Below are positions 1-8,633 of a stretch of 23,509 bases of DNA, in pieces. The position numbers and the translations under genes were made by a program. The stretch lies in IMG/VR virus record IMGVR_UViG_2713896786_000017; one strand, 5' to 3'. The notes beneath the pieces are model-generated. The model saw only the letters and a program-made list of their open reading frames with translations. It was not told where the DNA came from and made no database searches. Position 1 is the first letter of the stretch, and the number at the start of each line of letters is the position of its first letter. Source of the stretch: a virus (lineage: Duplodnaviria > Heunggongvirae > Uroviricota > Caudoviricetes).

Positions 1-869
1 CCACAAATCCACGGTACAACTGCAGCACTGCCGCCATGGCACTGCGCGTTAAATCCGGAAAGGTCAGTACGGAACTGCTTCAGCATGGCCGTGAACAGGT
101 CCGGTTGCTGTGCGTAGGTGGCAGCGCTCATGTCAAATTCGCCCTGCATCCAGCACACCGCCAGCAACACATTTTTCGGGTTCTTCTGTAATGCCGCTTT
201 GGTGCGTGCGATCAGGTCCTGATATAACGGTTTACCCACACCCCAGCGTGCCGAATCCTGGCTGGCCCCCGTGTCCGCACTGAATGTCCCCTCCGCGCCC
301 TGGGTGAATGCCGAACCACCACGACAGCATGGTACCAGCAGGATCCCCGCGTTATTCGGGATATACGGAAGCAGTTTTTTGGCAATATGTAAGCCCTGGC
401 CGACACAGCCGTACTGCCCTTTGCTCAGGTCTGCCTTCGGATGATTCAGTGCGCTCATATCCTGAACATCATGCAGGCAGTGGTCTGCCGGAATGATGTC
501 GTTAAATGCGCATGCTTTACCACCGGGAGTCACTGTGTTGCGACGGGCCAGTTGCTTAATGCGTGGGTGGGGCGCATCGTAAGAATCCGGCAGCGGCATT
601 CCATCACCATATGACATGGCATTGGATTGACCAGCAAGTACCACCACGTAATACCACTCCGGCACGCTGCCGTGCTGGGGGGAATCAGGTGAGATGTCTG
701 TAGTGCCATCGGCCACCATTGCCTGCATTAGATACCACGGGGTGCCGGGTTCGTAGGCAACCCGCGTCTCCCCCTGAAGATGCCACCCTTTCGCAAGATG
801 TTCATTCACCTTTTGAGTCAGTTCAGCCTGTGTCATGGCTGTAATCAGTGCAAAGTTCTTACTGGTCAT
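1..869 (-). CDS. nanS: Prophage NanS-p-like sialate O-acetylesterase (N-terminal extension plus SGNH/GDSL-type esterase domain); 3' end runs off the window start
   Basis: Manual minus-strand translation from ATG at 869 gives MTSKNFALITAMTQAELTQKV...YYVVVLAGQSNAMSYGDGMPLPD...PHPRIKQLARR...LLVPCCRGGSAFTQG...CWMQGEFD with no stop to position 1. GQSN esterase motif and close resemblance to E. coli NanS/YjhS as recalled. Start overlaps the Rz1-like stop (ATGA). Absent from the ORF track because no stop lies in the window. Confidence 0.8.
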   Translation of the reverse strand, partial: MTSKNFALITAMTQAELTQKVNEHLAKGWHLQGETRVAYEPGTPWYLMQAMVADGTTDISPDSPQHGSVPEWYYVVVLAGQSNAMSYGDGMPLPDSYDAPHPRIKQLARRNTVTPGGKACAFNDIIPADHCLHDVQDMSALNHPKADLSKGQYGCVGQGLHIAKKLLPYIPNNAGILLVPCCRGGSAFTQGAEGTFSADTGASQDSARWGVGKPLYQDLIARTKAALQKNPKNVLLAVCWMQGEFDMSAATYAQQPDLFTAMLKQFRTDLSGFNAQCHGGSAAVVPWIC

Positions 870-1147
870 TGTGTTACTCCCGTCTGGTGTGTCAGTTCGG
901 CTATTCTCTTATCCAGTTCAGCAATGGCCCGTTTATCCGCGTTACAGGTTTCCAGTGCATCCAGAAGGCGGTCGCCCCATATTCCGAGGTTTCCCCATGT
1001 GGGTGGGTCAGGGAAGGGGGGAGGCGTTACCGGCATGGTCAGCGTCTGCGGTATAAGCCGGACTGACGGCGCTGGCCCTGGCGCGTTCTGCGTGCCTGCG
1101 CAACCTGTCAGTAAAACGAGCGTCAGGCAAAGCGTGGGCGCATTCAT
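866..1147 (-). CDS. o-spanin (Rz1-like outer-membrane lipoprotein), overlapping the i-spanin gene
   Basis: Internal Met of track ORF 866..1261 gives MNAPTLCLTLVLLTGCAG...: signal peptide with LLTGC lipobox, then a proline-rich short mature region. Overlaps the 3' end of the Rz-like gene in another frame. Confidence 0.65.
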   Translation of the reverse strand: MNAPTLCLTLVLLTGCAGTQNAPGPAPSVRLIPQTLTMPVTPPPFPDPPTWGNLGIWGDRLLDALETCNADKRAIAELDKRIAELTHQTGVTQ

Positions 1148-1415
1148 CTTTTGCAATATCGTTGCGTAGCTGTTCACGTCTGGCCTCTCCGTCCTGATTT
1201 CGCTGTTGATTTTCCACGCGGAGTTGCGCCAGCACCTGCTGCATATCCTGTACCCCGGCACTGATGATATTCAGTGTGTCGACGGTACTTTTCAGGGTGC
1301 TGGCCTGTGCTTCGTTTCTGGCGTTCTCCCGGCCAAGCGACCATGACAGACGCATGGATGTTCCCCATGCGGCAATCAGAAGGAAAGCGACACCCAGCGT
1401 GGGCCAGAGCTTCAT
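1008..1415 (-). CDS. i-spanin (Rz-like inner-membrane lysis protein)
   Basis: Internal Met of track ORF 1008..1559 (MKLWPTLGVAFLLIAAWG...): N-terminal transmembrane segment followed by charged, Q/R-rich, probably coiled-coil region. ATG at 1415 overlaps the endolysin stop at 1412 (ATGA). Confidence 0.65.
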   Translation of the reverse strand: MKLWPTLGVAFLLIAAWGTSMRLSWSLGRENARNEAQASTLKSTVDTLNIISAGVQDMQQVLAQLRVENQQRNQDGEARREQLRNDIAKDECAHALPDARFTDRLRRHAERARASAVSPAYTADADHAGNASPLP

Positions 1416-1804
1416 GCCGGATAGGCTCCGTGTGGTAACTGAAAATGTGGTCCGTCTTTCAGGGTCTTCCAGTCGCCGCCCCATTCCACCGGAATATTCA
1501 GTTCCCGGCTGGCCTGTCTGAATGCTGCTGCGATTTTTTCGTACAGCGGCCATTCCCATGACACCTGGCTGCCAACATAAGCCACAACATCCACGGCATG
1601 CCCTGTGAGATGGCGACTGTTCATGGTCTGGCTCTTGCCTGTGGTCACGAGCTGCTTCTGACGATAACGACCGCGCAATCCTTCGGTGATACCAAAATCC
1701 ACTTCCGAGATTTCCAGCGCCCGTCGGGTCACTTTCACCAGATCAGGATTTACGCCCTGCAAATTCTTTTCGCTCCGGCTGCTGAATTTAAATGTGTTGC
1801 TCAT
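1412..1804 (-). CDS. Endolysin, peptidase M15 family (L-alanyl-D-glutamate endopeptidase-like)
   Basis: 130 aa track ORF; SRHLTGHAVDV and DGPHFQLPH fit the H..D..H zinc-binding pattern of VanY/M15 phage endolysins. Sits between holin and spanins with overlapping start/stop codons. Confidence 0.8.
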   Translation of the reverse strand: MSNTFKFSSRSEKNLQGVNPDLVKVTRRALEISEVDFGITEGLRGRYRQKQLVTTGKSQTMNSRHLTGHAVDVVAYVGSQVSWEWPLYEKIAAAFRQASRELNIPVEWGGDWKTLKDGPHFQLPHGAYPA

Positions 1805-2124
1805 TCGTCCTTCTCCTTCACCCTGCGATTAAAGGCCGCAATAACCTTGTCGCGTGCTTTCTCTGCGCCCATAAAACCGATTGATGCGCCGATAAACGTC
1901 ACGGCATCTTCAGGAAAACCGAAGAAGCGCAACGACCCGGCCACGGCCATGGCAAGAACGCCGCACGCCAGCGATCCCGTTACGGTCTGAACCAGTGTTC
2001 GTCCGTCATAAAGACTCATCAGCGCGGAAATGCTGACCGCCGCGCCTACTGCATACACCGTTGGCAGGTGGTCAAAGAGCCACGCAATAACCTGCTCTGT
2101 GATCCCTGTTTGAATGGTGCTCAC
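1801..2124 (-). CDS. Holin (three predicted transmembrane segments)
   Basis: GTG start 2 nt after the gpX stop, preceded by GGGGGAG. The 107 aa product MSTIQTGITEQVIAWLFDHLPTVYAVGAAVSISALMSLYDG... has three hydrophobic segments and a charged C-terminus. The track ORF 1801..2343 is extended in-frame upstream. Confidence 0.7.
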   Translation of the reverse strand: MSTIQTGITEQVIAWLFDHLPTVYAVGAAVSISALMSLYDGRTLVQTVTGSLACGVLAMAVAGSLRFFGFPEDAVTFIGASIGFMGAEKARDKVIAAFNRRVKEKDE

Positions 2125-2126
2125 TG

Positions 2127-2327
2127 CTACTCCCCCCACAACTGAATCATTTCTCGTTTCTTCTTCTCCGGCTCCGGCATCTCCACGTCCTGCCCGGCGT
2201 CCAGAAATACCTGCTGACAGAGTCCGGGGTTGGCATCCAGCACCTTTTCGGTGACGCCCTGCGTCGTGCCGTAGTACCGGAAACAGAGCGAATCCACGGT
2301 GTCGCCTTCCAGTGCCTTCACTTTCAT
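2127..2327 (-). CDS. X: Tail protein X (P2 gpX-like, LysM-like)
   Basis: Internal Met of track ORF 2127..2360: MKVKALEGDTVDSLCFRYYGTTQGVTEKVLDANPGLCQ...IQLWGE resembles P2 gpX as recalled. Start overlaps the gpL stop. Confidence 0.8.
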   Translation of the reverse strand: MKVKALEGDTVDSLCFRYYGTTQGVTEKVLDANPGLCQQVFLDAGQDVEMPEPEKKKREMIQLWGE

Positions 2328-2830
2328 CAGCACAACTCCGCAAAGATTCGCGGGCGGCACAGAATGTCAGAGATGGCCCAGCTCACATCGCGCCACAAAT
2401 CCGATGTCTGTATATCCAGTGCGTCCGCCCGGCGATCGCCCTTGTCCGTTGTGTCCGCATCGCGGTAACGCTCCAGAATCAGGGCACGTGTGGCGGTATA
2501 AACAGCATTGCGCCAGTGCCAGAGATTGACGCTTTCTCCGTTAATTACGGGTGCCGGAACATCGGCCAGCGTCTGATGGCCAGCCGCCTGCTGTTCCTGC
2601 TGCCACGCTTCCAGTTCGCGGGTAACGTGAGCCACAGCCCCGGTGGCAGTATGCAGCAGGCGGGAGGTGGTCACGCGGCCCGGCAGTCGTACCGCCAGAC
2701 GCAGCTCACGCAGCACAATATCCGGCCAGAATGCACCCGCTGAAATACGGGTATCACCATCATCGGTATCGGTTATGTCGTCCTCTGCGGGTCCGGGGTT
2801 GGTTCTGGCAACCATACTCATGGGGTTCAC
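2327..2830 (-). CDS. L: Head completion/stabilization protein (P2 gpL-like)
   Basis: 167 aa track ORF in the conserved P2 position between M and X; acidic, typical size. Confidence 0.7.
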   Translation of the reverse strand: MNPMSMVARTNPGPAEDDITDTDDGDTRISAGAFWPDIVLRELRLAVRLPGRVTTSRLLHTATGAVAHVTRELEAWQQEQQAAGHQTLADVPAPVINGESVNLWHWRNAVYTATRALILERYRDADTTDKGDRRADALDIQTSDLWRDVSWAISDILCRPRIFAELC

Positions 2831-2835
2831 TCCTG

Positions 2836-2907
2836 AAAAAATCGGGCGGTGGGTGCGCGGTGTAAACGGTCACGGAGTCAAACCGGAACACCGCGCACGC
2901 CGCCCGC
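2836..2907 (-). terminator. GC-rich imperfect hairpin followed by a U6 tract in the M-L intergenic spacer, immediately upstream of the L ribosome-binding site (possible attenuator)
   Basis: Plus-strand arms cgggcggtgggtgcgcggtg (about 2843..2862) and caccgcgcacgccgcccg (about 2890..2907) pair as 7+9 bp around a bulge; aaaaaa at about 2836..2841 gives UUUUUU on the minus-strand transcript. Confidence 0.35.
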
Positions 2908-2922
2908 TGACGGGGTCAGTCG

Positions 2923-3723
2923 TTAACCGCGCTTCGCCTTCTGCGTCGCGGTGGTTTTTCGTGTTGCAGGCTTCCGCGTTGTCTTTTTACTTTTGCTGCT
3001 TTCGTCCTGCGCCTGCGGTGTGCTGGCATCTTCTGGTGCGGCTGCGGAATCGGCTTTTTTCAGGGCGCGGGAAAGGGTTGCAATCTCGCGTTTCACACCT
3101 GCGTTCGGGTTCAGGTGCATTGCTTCGCGCAGCAGCTTCAGTGATGAGGCCATGCTGTCCGCATCGGTCAGGCCACGGCGGGCAAAGGCGCACGCTTTGC
3201 ATAATTTGGCGCGCACTTCGTCCGGCATGTCCTGGTTGGCGACAATCTCCCGGAGGGTGTCCAGTGGTTCGATAAAGGCGGACAAATCCGCGTCGGCATC
3301 CGTCCCGGCCTGTGTCAGTACCGGATTACAGATTTCTTCGGTCAGTACCGTGGCAGCAGTACGGCCAAAGTTATCCGGCATGATGAGGTTGTGATGGACC
3401 ACATACGCGCCGATACGCAGCGCAAGCGGAAGATCGCCACAGTCAATCGCCCACACCATCAGCGTGGCAATCACTTCATCCTGCTGCCCGCCGTCAGCTT
3501 CCAGCGTTCCCTCAATCCAGCCGGAAAAATCCGGCAACAACTCTTTTTTGATGGCGGCTTTCGCGCTTCTGGCCTGTACGCCCTTTAGTCTGGCCTGTGC
3601 CAGACGCAGACGATACAGCACCTCTTCATGCGCGGTACGCGCGGCGTGGTCCACACCTTCATTCGCCCGGCCTGCGCGCTGTGCCATCACGTTCTGCCAG
3701 TGTTGTTGTGCAGGAGTAATCAT
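2923..3723 (-). CDS. M: Terminase endonuclease (small) subunit (P2 gpM-like)
   Basis: 266 aa track ORF; DMPDEVRAKL motif and basic K/R/T-rich C-terminal tail as in P2 gpM; conserved order N-M-L. Confidence 0.85.
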   Translation of the reverse strand: MITPAQQHWQNVMAQRAGRANEGVDHAARTAHEEVLYRLRLAQARLKGVQARSAKAAIKKELLPDFSGWIEGTLEADGGQQDEVIATLMVWAIDCGDLPLALRIGAYVVHHNLIMPDNFGRTAATVLTEEICNPVLTQAGTDADADLSAFIEPLDTLREIVANQDMPDEVRAKLCKACAFARRGLTDADSMASSLKLLREAMHLNPNAGVKREIATLSRALKKADSAAAPEDASTPQAQDESSKSKKTTRKPATRKTTATQKAKRG

Positions 3724-3768
3724 TTTTTCTCTCCGTTACAGGCGGGCATGATGCCCGCCGTGAGTTGA

Positions 3769-4821
3769 TTAGCTGTCGGCGAACTTCAGGCCAGTGACCA
3801 TCGCGCACTTGCCATAGTCTTCAACGACATAAGCGTCATTGATGGACTGGTAGGTGGCGATGCGGTTGTATTCCGGCTCGTCTTTCATCAGGCGACGCAT
3901 TGAACCTTTCTGCCAGTAAATCGACAGGTTGTTGAACGAGGTGATCAGCATCGTTGCATCCGGGAAGAACGGCGCAAGGAACACGCCCAGCCCGCCAATG
4001 GTGCGCGATGACAGGATGAGCTGCCCGGCAAGTAATTCCGCATTGGGATTCTGGCCGCTGATGCTGTTCAGCACGGGCAGACGCAGCGAGTTAAACAGGT
4101 TGCGCCCCATAATCACCACGAGGTCGTCAGCTTCCTTGTGCCATTCGTCCAGCAGGGATGAGCGCGCATCCTGTACCAGAGCATCGGCATTCGCATACTT
4201 ACCCGCGTGCGCCACAGTGTTGTCCATGTTGCGGGAGGTCAGCGTCACGTCATTCATTACGCGCTCGCTGGCATCGGTTCTGATGTGCTCCAGCCAGCCC
4301 ACGTTAACGTCCTGAAGCAGCTTGTTGGTGTGAAAATCAGACTCGTAGGCGTGGGATGTGCCGTTAAAGCCAATCATGATGCGATCAAGCGCTACCTGCC
4401 GGGCGATCTGTGTACTGATACGGGACTGAAAATCGCTGTGGGCCGCCCAGGTATCAAGCTGTGGGTACGAAATAAAGGTATCGTAGTTCACCTGTTCGCA
4501 CTGGTACTGACGAGACTTCATATCGATCACGTTATTCGGGTTACGGCGTTTGATGCCGTCATAACTGCTATTCGTGCGCGCAATTGGCCCGGTGGTGTCC
4601 GGGAGGATTTTTTCGCCTTTCTGGTCGGTCACGCCGATCACGTTAATTCTTTTCGTAAATTCGGTACTTTCCTTTGAGGCGTTTTCAAAACGCTGCTGCA
4701 CCGCGGGTTCCACGGTAAATCGCGATACCAGTGCAGATACCGGGATATTGTTAAGCGACGCCTGCTGCGCCATATAGCAACCCAGCTTGTTGCGGGTAAT
4801 ATCTGACATCACCAGATTCAT
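3769..4821 (-). CDS. N: Major capsid protein (P2 gpN-like)
   Basis: 350 aa track ORF; FTVEP, IMIGFNGTS, LQDVNVGWLE, DDLVVIMGR and SIYWQKGSMRR segments parallel P2 gpN as recalled. AAGGAG lies upstream of the ATG. Confidence 0.9.
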   Translation of the reverse strand: MNLVMSDITRNKLGCYMAQQASLNNIPVSALVSRFTVEPAVQQRFENASKESTEFTKRINVIGVTDQKGEKILPDTTGPIARTNSSYDGIKRRNPNNVIDMKSRQYQCEQVNYDTFISYPQLDTWAAHSDFQSRISTQIARQVALDRIMIGFNGTSHAYESDFHTNKLLQDVNVGWLEHIRTDASERVMNDVTLTSRNMDNTVAHAGKYANADALVQDARSSLLDEWHKEADDLVVIMGRNLFNSLRLPVLNSISGQNPNAELLAGQLILSSRTIGGLGVFLAPFFPDATMLITSFNNLSIYWQKGSMRRLMKDEPEYNRIATYQSINDAYVVEDYGKCAMVTGLKFADS

Positions 4822-4844
4822 AAAAAATTTGCTCCTTTGTCTTA

Positions 4845-5681
4845 TCAGAAGTCAGCCAGCTGGTCGGAGGCTGCACCTGTTGCGGTGAACCGGTTCTGCG
4901 GATCGCCGTCCTGCGTGCGCAGTTTTTCCTTCAGTGCTGCCAGCTCTGTGGTCAGTGACGTAATTTTCTGGCGGTCCTGCTGATGGCGGGTTTCCAGCAC
5001 ATTAAAACGGTCGATAATGTCGGCCTGTGACGTTGCGACGCCTTCCACCGCTTCCTGAATACGGGAAAAACTGGCGTCATCCGCTTTGCGGCCACGGCCA
5101 ATAATCCCCATTACGTGGTTAAACCACTGGGTGCCTTCTTCCTGGCGTTGTTCTGCCATTTCGATGATTTCAGACTCGATGGCTTCGGAGATAAGCGGCG
5201 CTTCACCCTGGACACTGTTGAACGTCATTACCGCCTGACGTTGCTGTGCCGTGAATTTCAGGCGCTCAGTGCCCAGGCTTGCCGGGGTGTCGGTCATCGC
5301 CAGCCCGACCAGATAGGCGCGCCCGTTAACGGAGAACTGCGGGTGCAGTTCGATACTGGAATAGATTTTCTTGCCGTCCGCGACAAGCTGCTTCATGCGC
5401 TCGGTCGGTTCGATTTCTGCATACAGCGCAGTACGTCCGGCCAGCGGACCTTCCGTAATGTCTTCCGTACTCAGTGCGGTGACATCGCCCATTGCGGAAA
5501 ATTCGCTTGACGGGCATGGCGAGAGATAGTGCTCAACGTTCACGCGGGCAGCGTAAACATCCGGGTTGAAGTTCTCGGCGGCTTCACGCAGATGCACCGG
5601 ACTGATTTCACGGCCATCAACAGTTGATCCGGAGACAGCCACGCGAAACTTTTTGCGGGATGTCTTTTTTTCATTAGCCAT
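4845..5681 (-). CDS. O: Capsid scaffolding protein (P2 gpO-like)
   Basis: Internal Met of track ORF 4845..5714 (MANEKKTSRKKFRVAVSGSTVDGREIS...) chosen because GAGGGG lies 9 nt upstream; LVGLAMTDTPASLGTE resembles P2 gpO. Confidence 0.85.
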   Translation of the reverse strand: MANEKKTSRKKFRVAVSGSTVDGREISPVHLREAAENFNPDVYAARVNVEHYLSPCPSSEFSAMGDVTALSTEDITEGPLAGRTALYAEIEPTERMKQLVADGKKIYSSIELHPQFSVNGRAYLVGLAMTDTPASLGTERLKFTAQQRQAVMTFNSVQGEAPLISEAIESEIIEMAEQRQEEGTQWFNHVMGIIGRGRKADDASFSRIQEAVEGVATSQADIIDRFNVLETRHQQDRQKITSLTTELAALKEKLRTQDGDPQNRFTATGAASDQLADF

Positions 5682-5835
5682 AGTTTTTGCCCCTCTGACT
5701 GGTTCTTCAGTCATGATGGCAAAGCGTAACAGGCTGATACAAAGGGCTTTTGTTGTAAGAAAACGGCCAGAACAGGGGGTTAAGGAGAACGGTTTCGCGC
5801 GCGGGTAATCTTCCTGTAATTACTCAGGGGGAGCA
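5682..5835. promoter_or_regulatory. Divergent late-promoter region between the O-N-M-L... operon and the P-Q operon
   Basis: 154 bp spacer between divergently transcribed O and P. In P2 this spacer carries the Ogr-dependent late promoters. Individual -10/-35 and activator sites were not confidently placed. Confidence 0.4.
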
Positions 5836-7587
5836 ATGATTCAGGACGCTTTTGTGCGCCAGCGTGCGCGGCAACTTTACTGGCAGGGTTATCCGCCCGC
5901 AGAAATATCACGTCTGATGGGAATAAACCCGAACACGATTTATGCGTGGAAAAAACGCGACCAGTGGGATGAAACGCCACCCGTGCAGCGTGTCACGCAG
6001 TCCATCGATGCGCGCCTCATCCAGCTTACTGAAAAACAGAATAAAACAGGCGGTGACTTTAAGGAAATAGACCTGCTGACCCGGCAGCTTAAAAAGCTGC
6101 ATGATGGCCAGCCGGATGTGATGGCCGCAGGAAAGAAAGGCCGGGCGAAAAAACTCAAAAATCATTTCACGCCGGAACAGATTTCCGCACTGCGGGAAAA
6201 AATCATCAGCAGGCTGGAGTGGCATCAGCGGGGCTGGTTTGACTCCCTGACCCTTTGCAGGGAAGCCGGGATACGTAACAGGATGATCCTGAAATCCCGA
6301 CAGATTGGGGCGACCTGGTATTTTGCACAGGAAGCTCTGCTGATGGCGCTGCGTGACGATGTGGCGCAACCTTACCAGCGTAACCAGATTTTTTTGTCTG
6401 CGTCGCGTCGTCAGGCGTTCCAGTTTAAAAGCATTATTCAGAAGGCCGCGGCTGAAGTTGATGTGGAGCTGAAAGGGGGCGATAAAATCATCCTCTCCAA
6501 CGGCGCAGAGCTGCATTTTCTCGGCACTTCTGCTGCGTCGGCACAGTCCTATACGGGCAATTTTTATTTTGATGAATTTTTCTGGGTCAGTCGCTTTGCT
6601 GAACTGCGCAAGGTGGCTGGCGCTATGGCAACCCTCAGCGGACTGCGGCGCACCTACTTCTCCACGCCATCCACCGAAACGCACGAGGCATACGCCTACT
6701 GGAACGGCGACCGCTGGAACGAGAAAAAGGCCTCGCATAAACGCCAGCGTTTTTCTGTGGACTGGAAAACGCTGCATAACGGGCTTATCTGCCCTGACCG
6801 GACGTGGCGGCAAATTGTCACGCTGGAAGATGTGGTTAATCACGGCTGGAAACACACCGATATCGACGAAATTCGTGATGAAAACACCGAAGACGAGTTC
6901 CTCAATCTCTATATGTGTGAGTTTGTCCGCGAAGGGGAATCGGCATTTAACCTGAATATCCTGATTGGCTGCGGTGTTGACGGATACGACGACTGGAAAG
7001 ACTGGAAACCTTTTGCTCCCCGACCGATGGGGAATCGTCCGGTATGGATTGGGTATGACGCAAACGGCAGTAGTGGCAACGGCGACAGCGGCGCTGTGTC
7101 CGTGGTGGTTCCTCCGGCTGTTCCTGGTGGCCGTTTTCGAACGGTGGAGACGCGACGCGTTCAGGGGCTGGAGTTTGAAGAACAGGCCAGAGTCATTGAA
7201 GAGTTCACGTATCGCTACAACGTGGAACACATCGGCATTGATGTGACGGGCGGGAACGGGGAGGCTGTTTATCAGATAGTGAAGCGGTTTTTCCCTGCTG
7301 CTATTCCGTACACCTTCACGCTGTCATCAAAACGGTCGCTGGTACTGAAAATGCTGCAAATAATGCGTGCCGGGCGGTGGGAATACGATCGCGCCGAACG
7401 TGAGCTGGTCGCGGCCTTTAACGCCGTGCGTAAGGTGAAAACACCGGGCGGCTTTATCACTTACGAAACGGACCGCGCGAGGGGGATCAGCCACGGCGAC
7501 CTTGCGTGGGCAACCATGCTTGCTGTCATTAACGAACCGATTGGCGGCGAAGGAGAAAACGAGCGTTTCACGGTTATGGAGTTCTGA
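5836..7587 (+). CDS. P: Terminase ATPase (large) subunit (P2 gpP-like)
   Basis: 583 aa track ORF with terminase-like ATPase region (ILKSRQIGATWYF...); precedes Q with overlapping stop/start (TGATG). Confidence 0.9.
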   Translation: MIQDAFVRQRARQLYWQGYPPAEISRLMGINPNTIYAWKKRDQWDETPPVQRVTQSIDARLIQLTEKQNKTGGDFKEIDLLTRQLKKLHDGQPDVMAAGKKGRAKKLKNHFTPEQISALREKIISRLEWHQRGWFDSLTLCREAGIRNRMILKSRQIGATWYFAQEALLMALRDDVAQPYQRNQIFLSASRRQAFQFKSIIQKAAAEVDVELKGGDKIILSNGAELHFLGTSAASAQSYTGNFYFDEFFWVSRFAELRKVAGAMATLSGLRRTYFSTPSTETHEAYAYWNGDRWNEKKASHKRQRFSVDWKTLHNGLICPDRTWRQIVTLEDVVNHGWKHTDIDEIRDENTEDEFLNLYMCEFVREGESAFNLNILIGCGVDGYDDWKDWKPFAPRPMGNRPVWIGYDANGSSGNGDSGAVSVVVPPAVPGGRFRTVETRRVQGLEFEEQARVIEEFTYRYNVEHIGIDVTGGNGEAVYQIVKRFFPAAIPYTFTLSSKRSLVLKMLQIMRAGRWEYDRAERELVAAFNAVRKVKTPGGFITYETDRARGISHGDLAWATMLAVINEPIGGEGENERFTVMEF

Positions 7588-8633
7588 TGAGCAGAAAAAA
7601 TAAAAAAGTGCGCATGAGTTCACGCATTGATCTCGCTGATGCGCTCAGGAAAGAATCATCGCTCAGTGCATTCACATTTGATGGTCCTTATCGCCTGACC
7701 GGGCATGACCTGCTGGACAATATGTACTGTGCTGATAACGGGCGGTGGTATGAAACCCCGGTGGACTGGTACGGTCTGGCAAGAGCAGCCCGGCAAACGT
7801 CCTGGCATCAGTCTGCGCTTTACTTTAAGCGCAATGTATTACTCGGTTGCTACATCCCGCACCCGCTGCTTTCCCGGCAGGATTTCTCGGCGCTGGCGCT
7901 GGACTGGTTTGTGTTCGGTAACGCATTCCTTGAGCTTCGAAGCAATATGCTCGGCGAACCGCTTAAATTACGGCACGCCCTGGCGAAATACATGCGACGC
8001 GGAAGCGATCTTGAATCATGGTGGTATGTGCAGGATGGCAAGGACGCGTTTCAGTTTCGCCCTGGCAAAGTGTGCCACCTGATGAATCCTGACATTAACC
8101 AGGAAATCTACGGCATGCCGGAATATCTCGGCGCATTACTCTCGGCCAGCCTGTCTCATTCGGCGGACATGTTCAGAAAACTGTATTACGACAACGGATC
8201 CCACGCCGGGTGCATCATCTACATCGGTGCAGCGCAGGTAAACCGCGAAAGCATGGACTCCCTGAAAGAAACGCTACAGGGTGCACGTGGTGGTGGTGCG
8301 TTTAAAAACGTGCTCATTCATGCGCCCAACGGTGGCAAAGAGGGGGTGCAAATTTTGCCGTTCCAGCAGATCACCGCAAAAGATGAGTTTATGAATGTTA
8401 AGGCGGCATCCCGTGATGATGTGCTGGCTGCGCACCGCGTTCCGCCGCAACTGATGGGGGCGATGCCGGGCGAAAAAAGTGCGTTTGGTGATGTGGAGAA
8501 GGCCGCGCGGGTTTACGCAATTAACGAGCTGATGCCCGTCATGGAGGCCATGAAGCACATCAATGACTGGCTTGGCGAAGAGGTGATCCGCTTTAACCCT
8601 TACGCACTGTTAGATACCCAGCCCACATCCTGA
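7587..8633 (+). CDS. Q: Portal protein (P2 gpQ-like)
   Basis: 348 aa track ORF, last gene before the cos region as in P2; portal-like central region. Confidence 0.85.
   Translation: MSRKNKKVRMSSRIDLADALRKESSLSAFTFDGPYRLTGHDLLDNMYCADNGRWYETPVDWYGLARAARQTSWHQSALYFKRNVLLGCYIPHPLLSRQDFSALALDWFVFGNAFLELRSNMLGEPLKLRHALAKYMRRGSDLESWWYVQDGKDAFQFRPGKVCHLMNPDINQEIYGMPEYLGALLSASLSHSADMFRKLYYDNGSHAGCIIYIGAAQVNRESMDSLKETLQGARGGGAFKNVLIHAPNGGKEGVQILPFQQITAKDEFMNVKAASRDDVLAAHRVPPQLMGAMPGEKSAFGDVEKAARVYAINELMPVMEAMKHINDWLGEEVIRFNPYALLDTQPTS

Noticed and set aside
780-1169. Plus-strand ORFs (129, 73, 72 aa) opposite the spanin/nanS region
   Set aside because: They overlap the coupled minus-strand lysis genes and have cysteine/arginine-rich improbable composition.
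2643-3394. 210 aa and 147 aa plus-strand ORFs opposite genes M and L
   Set aside because: Antisense to the terminase small subunit and head completion genes; arginine/serine-rich junk-like sequence.
5908-7230. 440 aa ORF on the minus strand inside gene P
   Set aside because: Fully antisense to the strongly supported terminase ATPase gene; composition is low-complexity (R/P/V-rich) with no RBS context. Treated as a GC-driven spurious frame.
7705-8082. 125 aa plus-strand ORF in an alternative frame within gene Q
   Set aside because: Same strand but a different frame inside the portal gene; no independent support.
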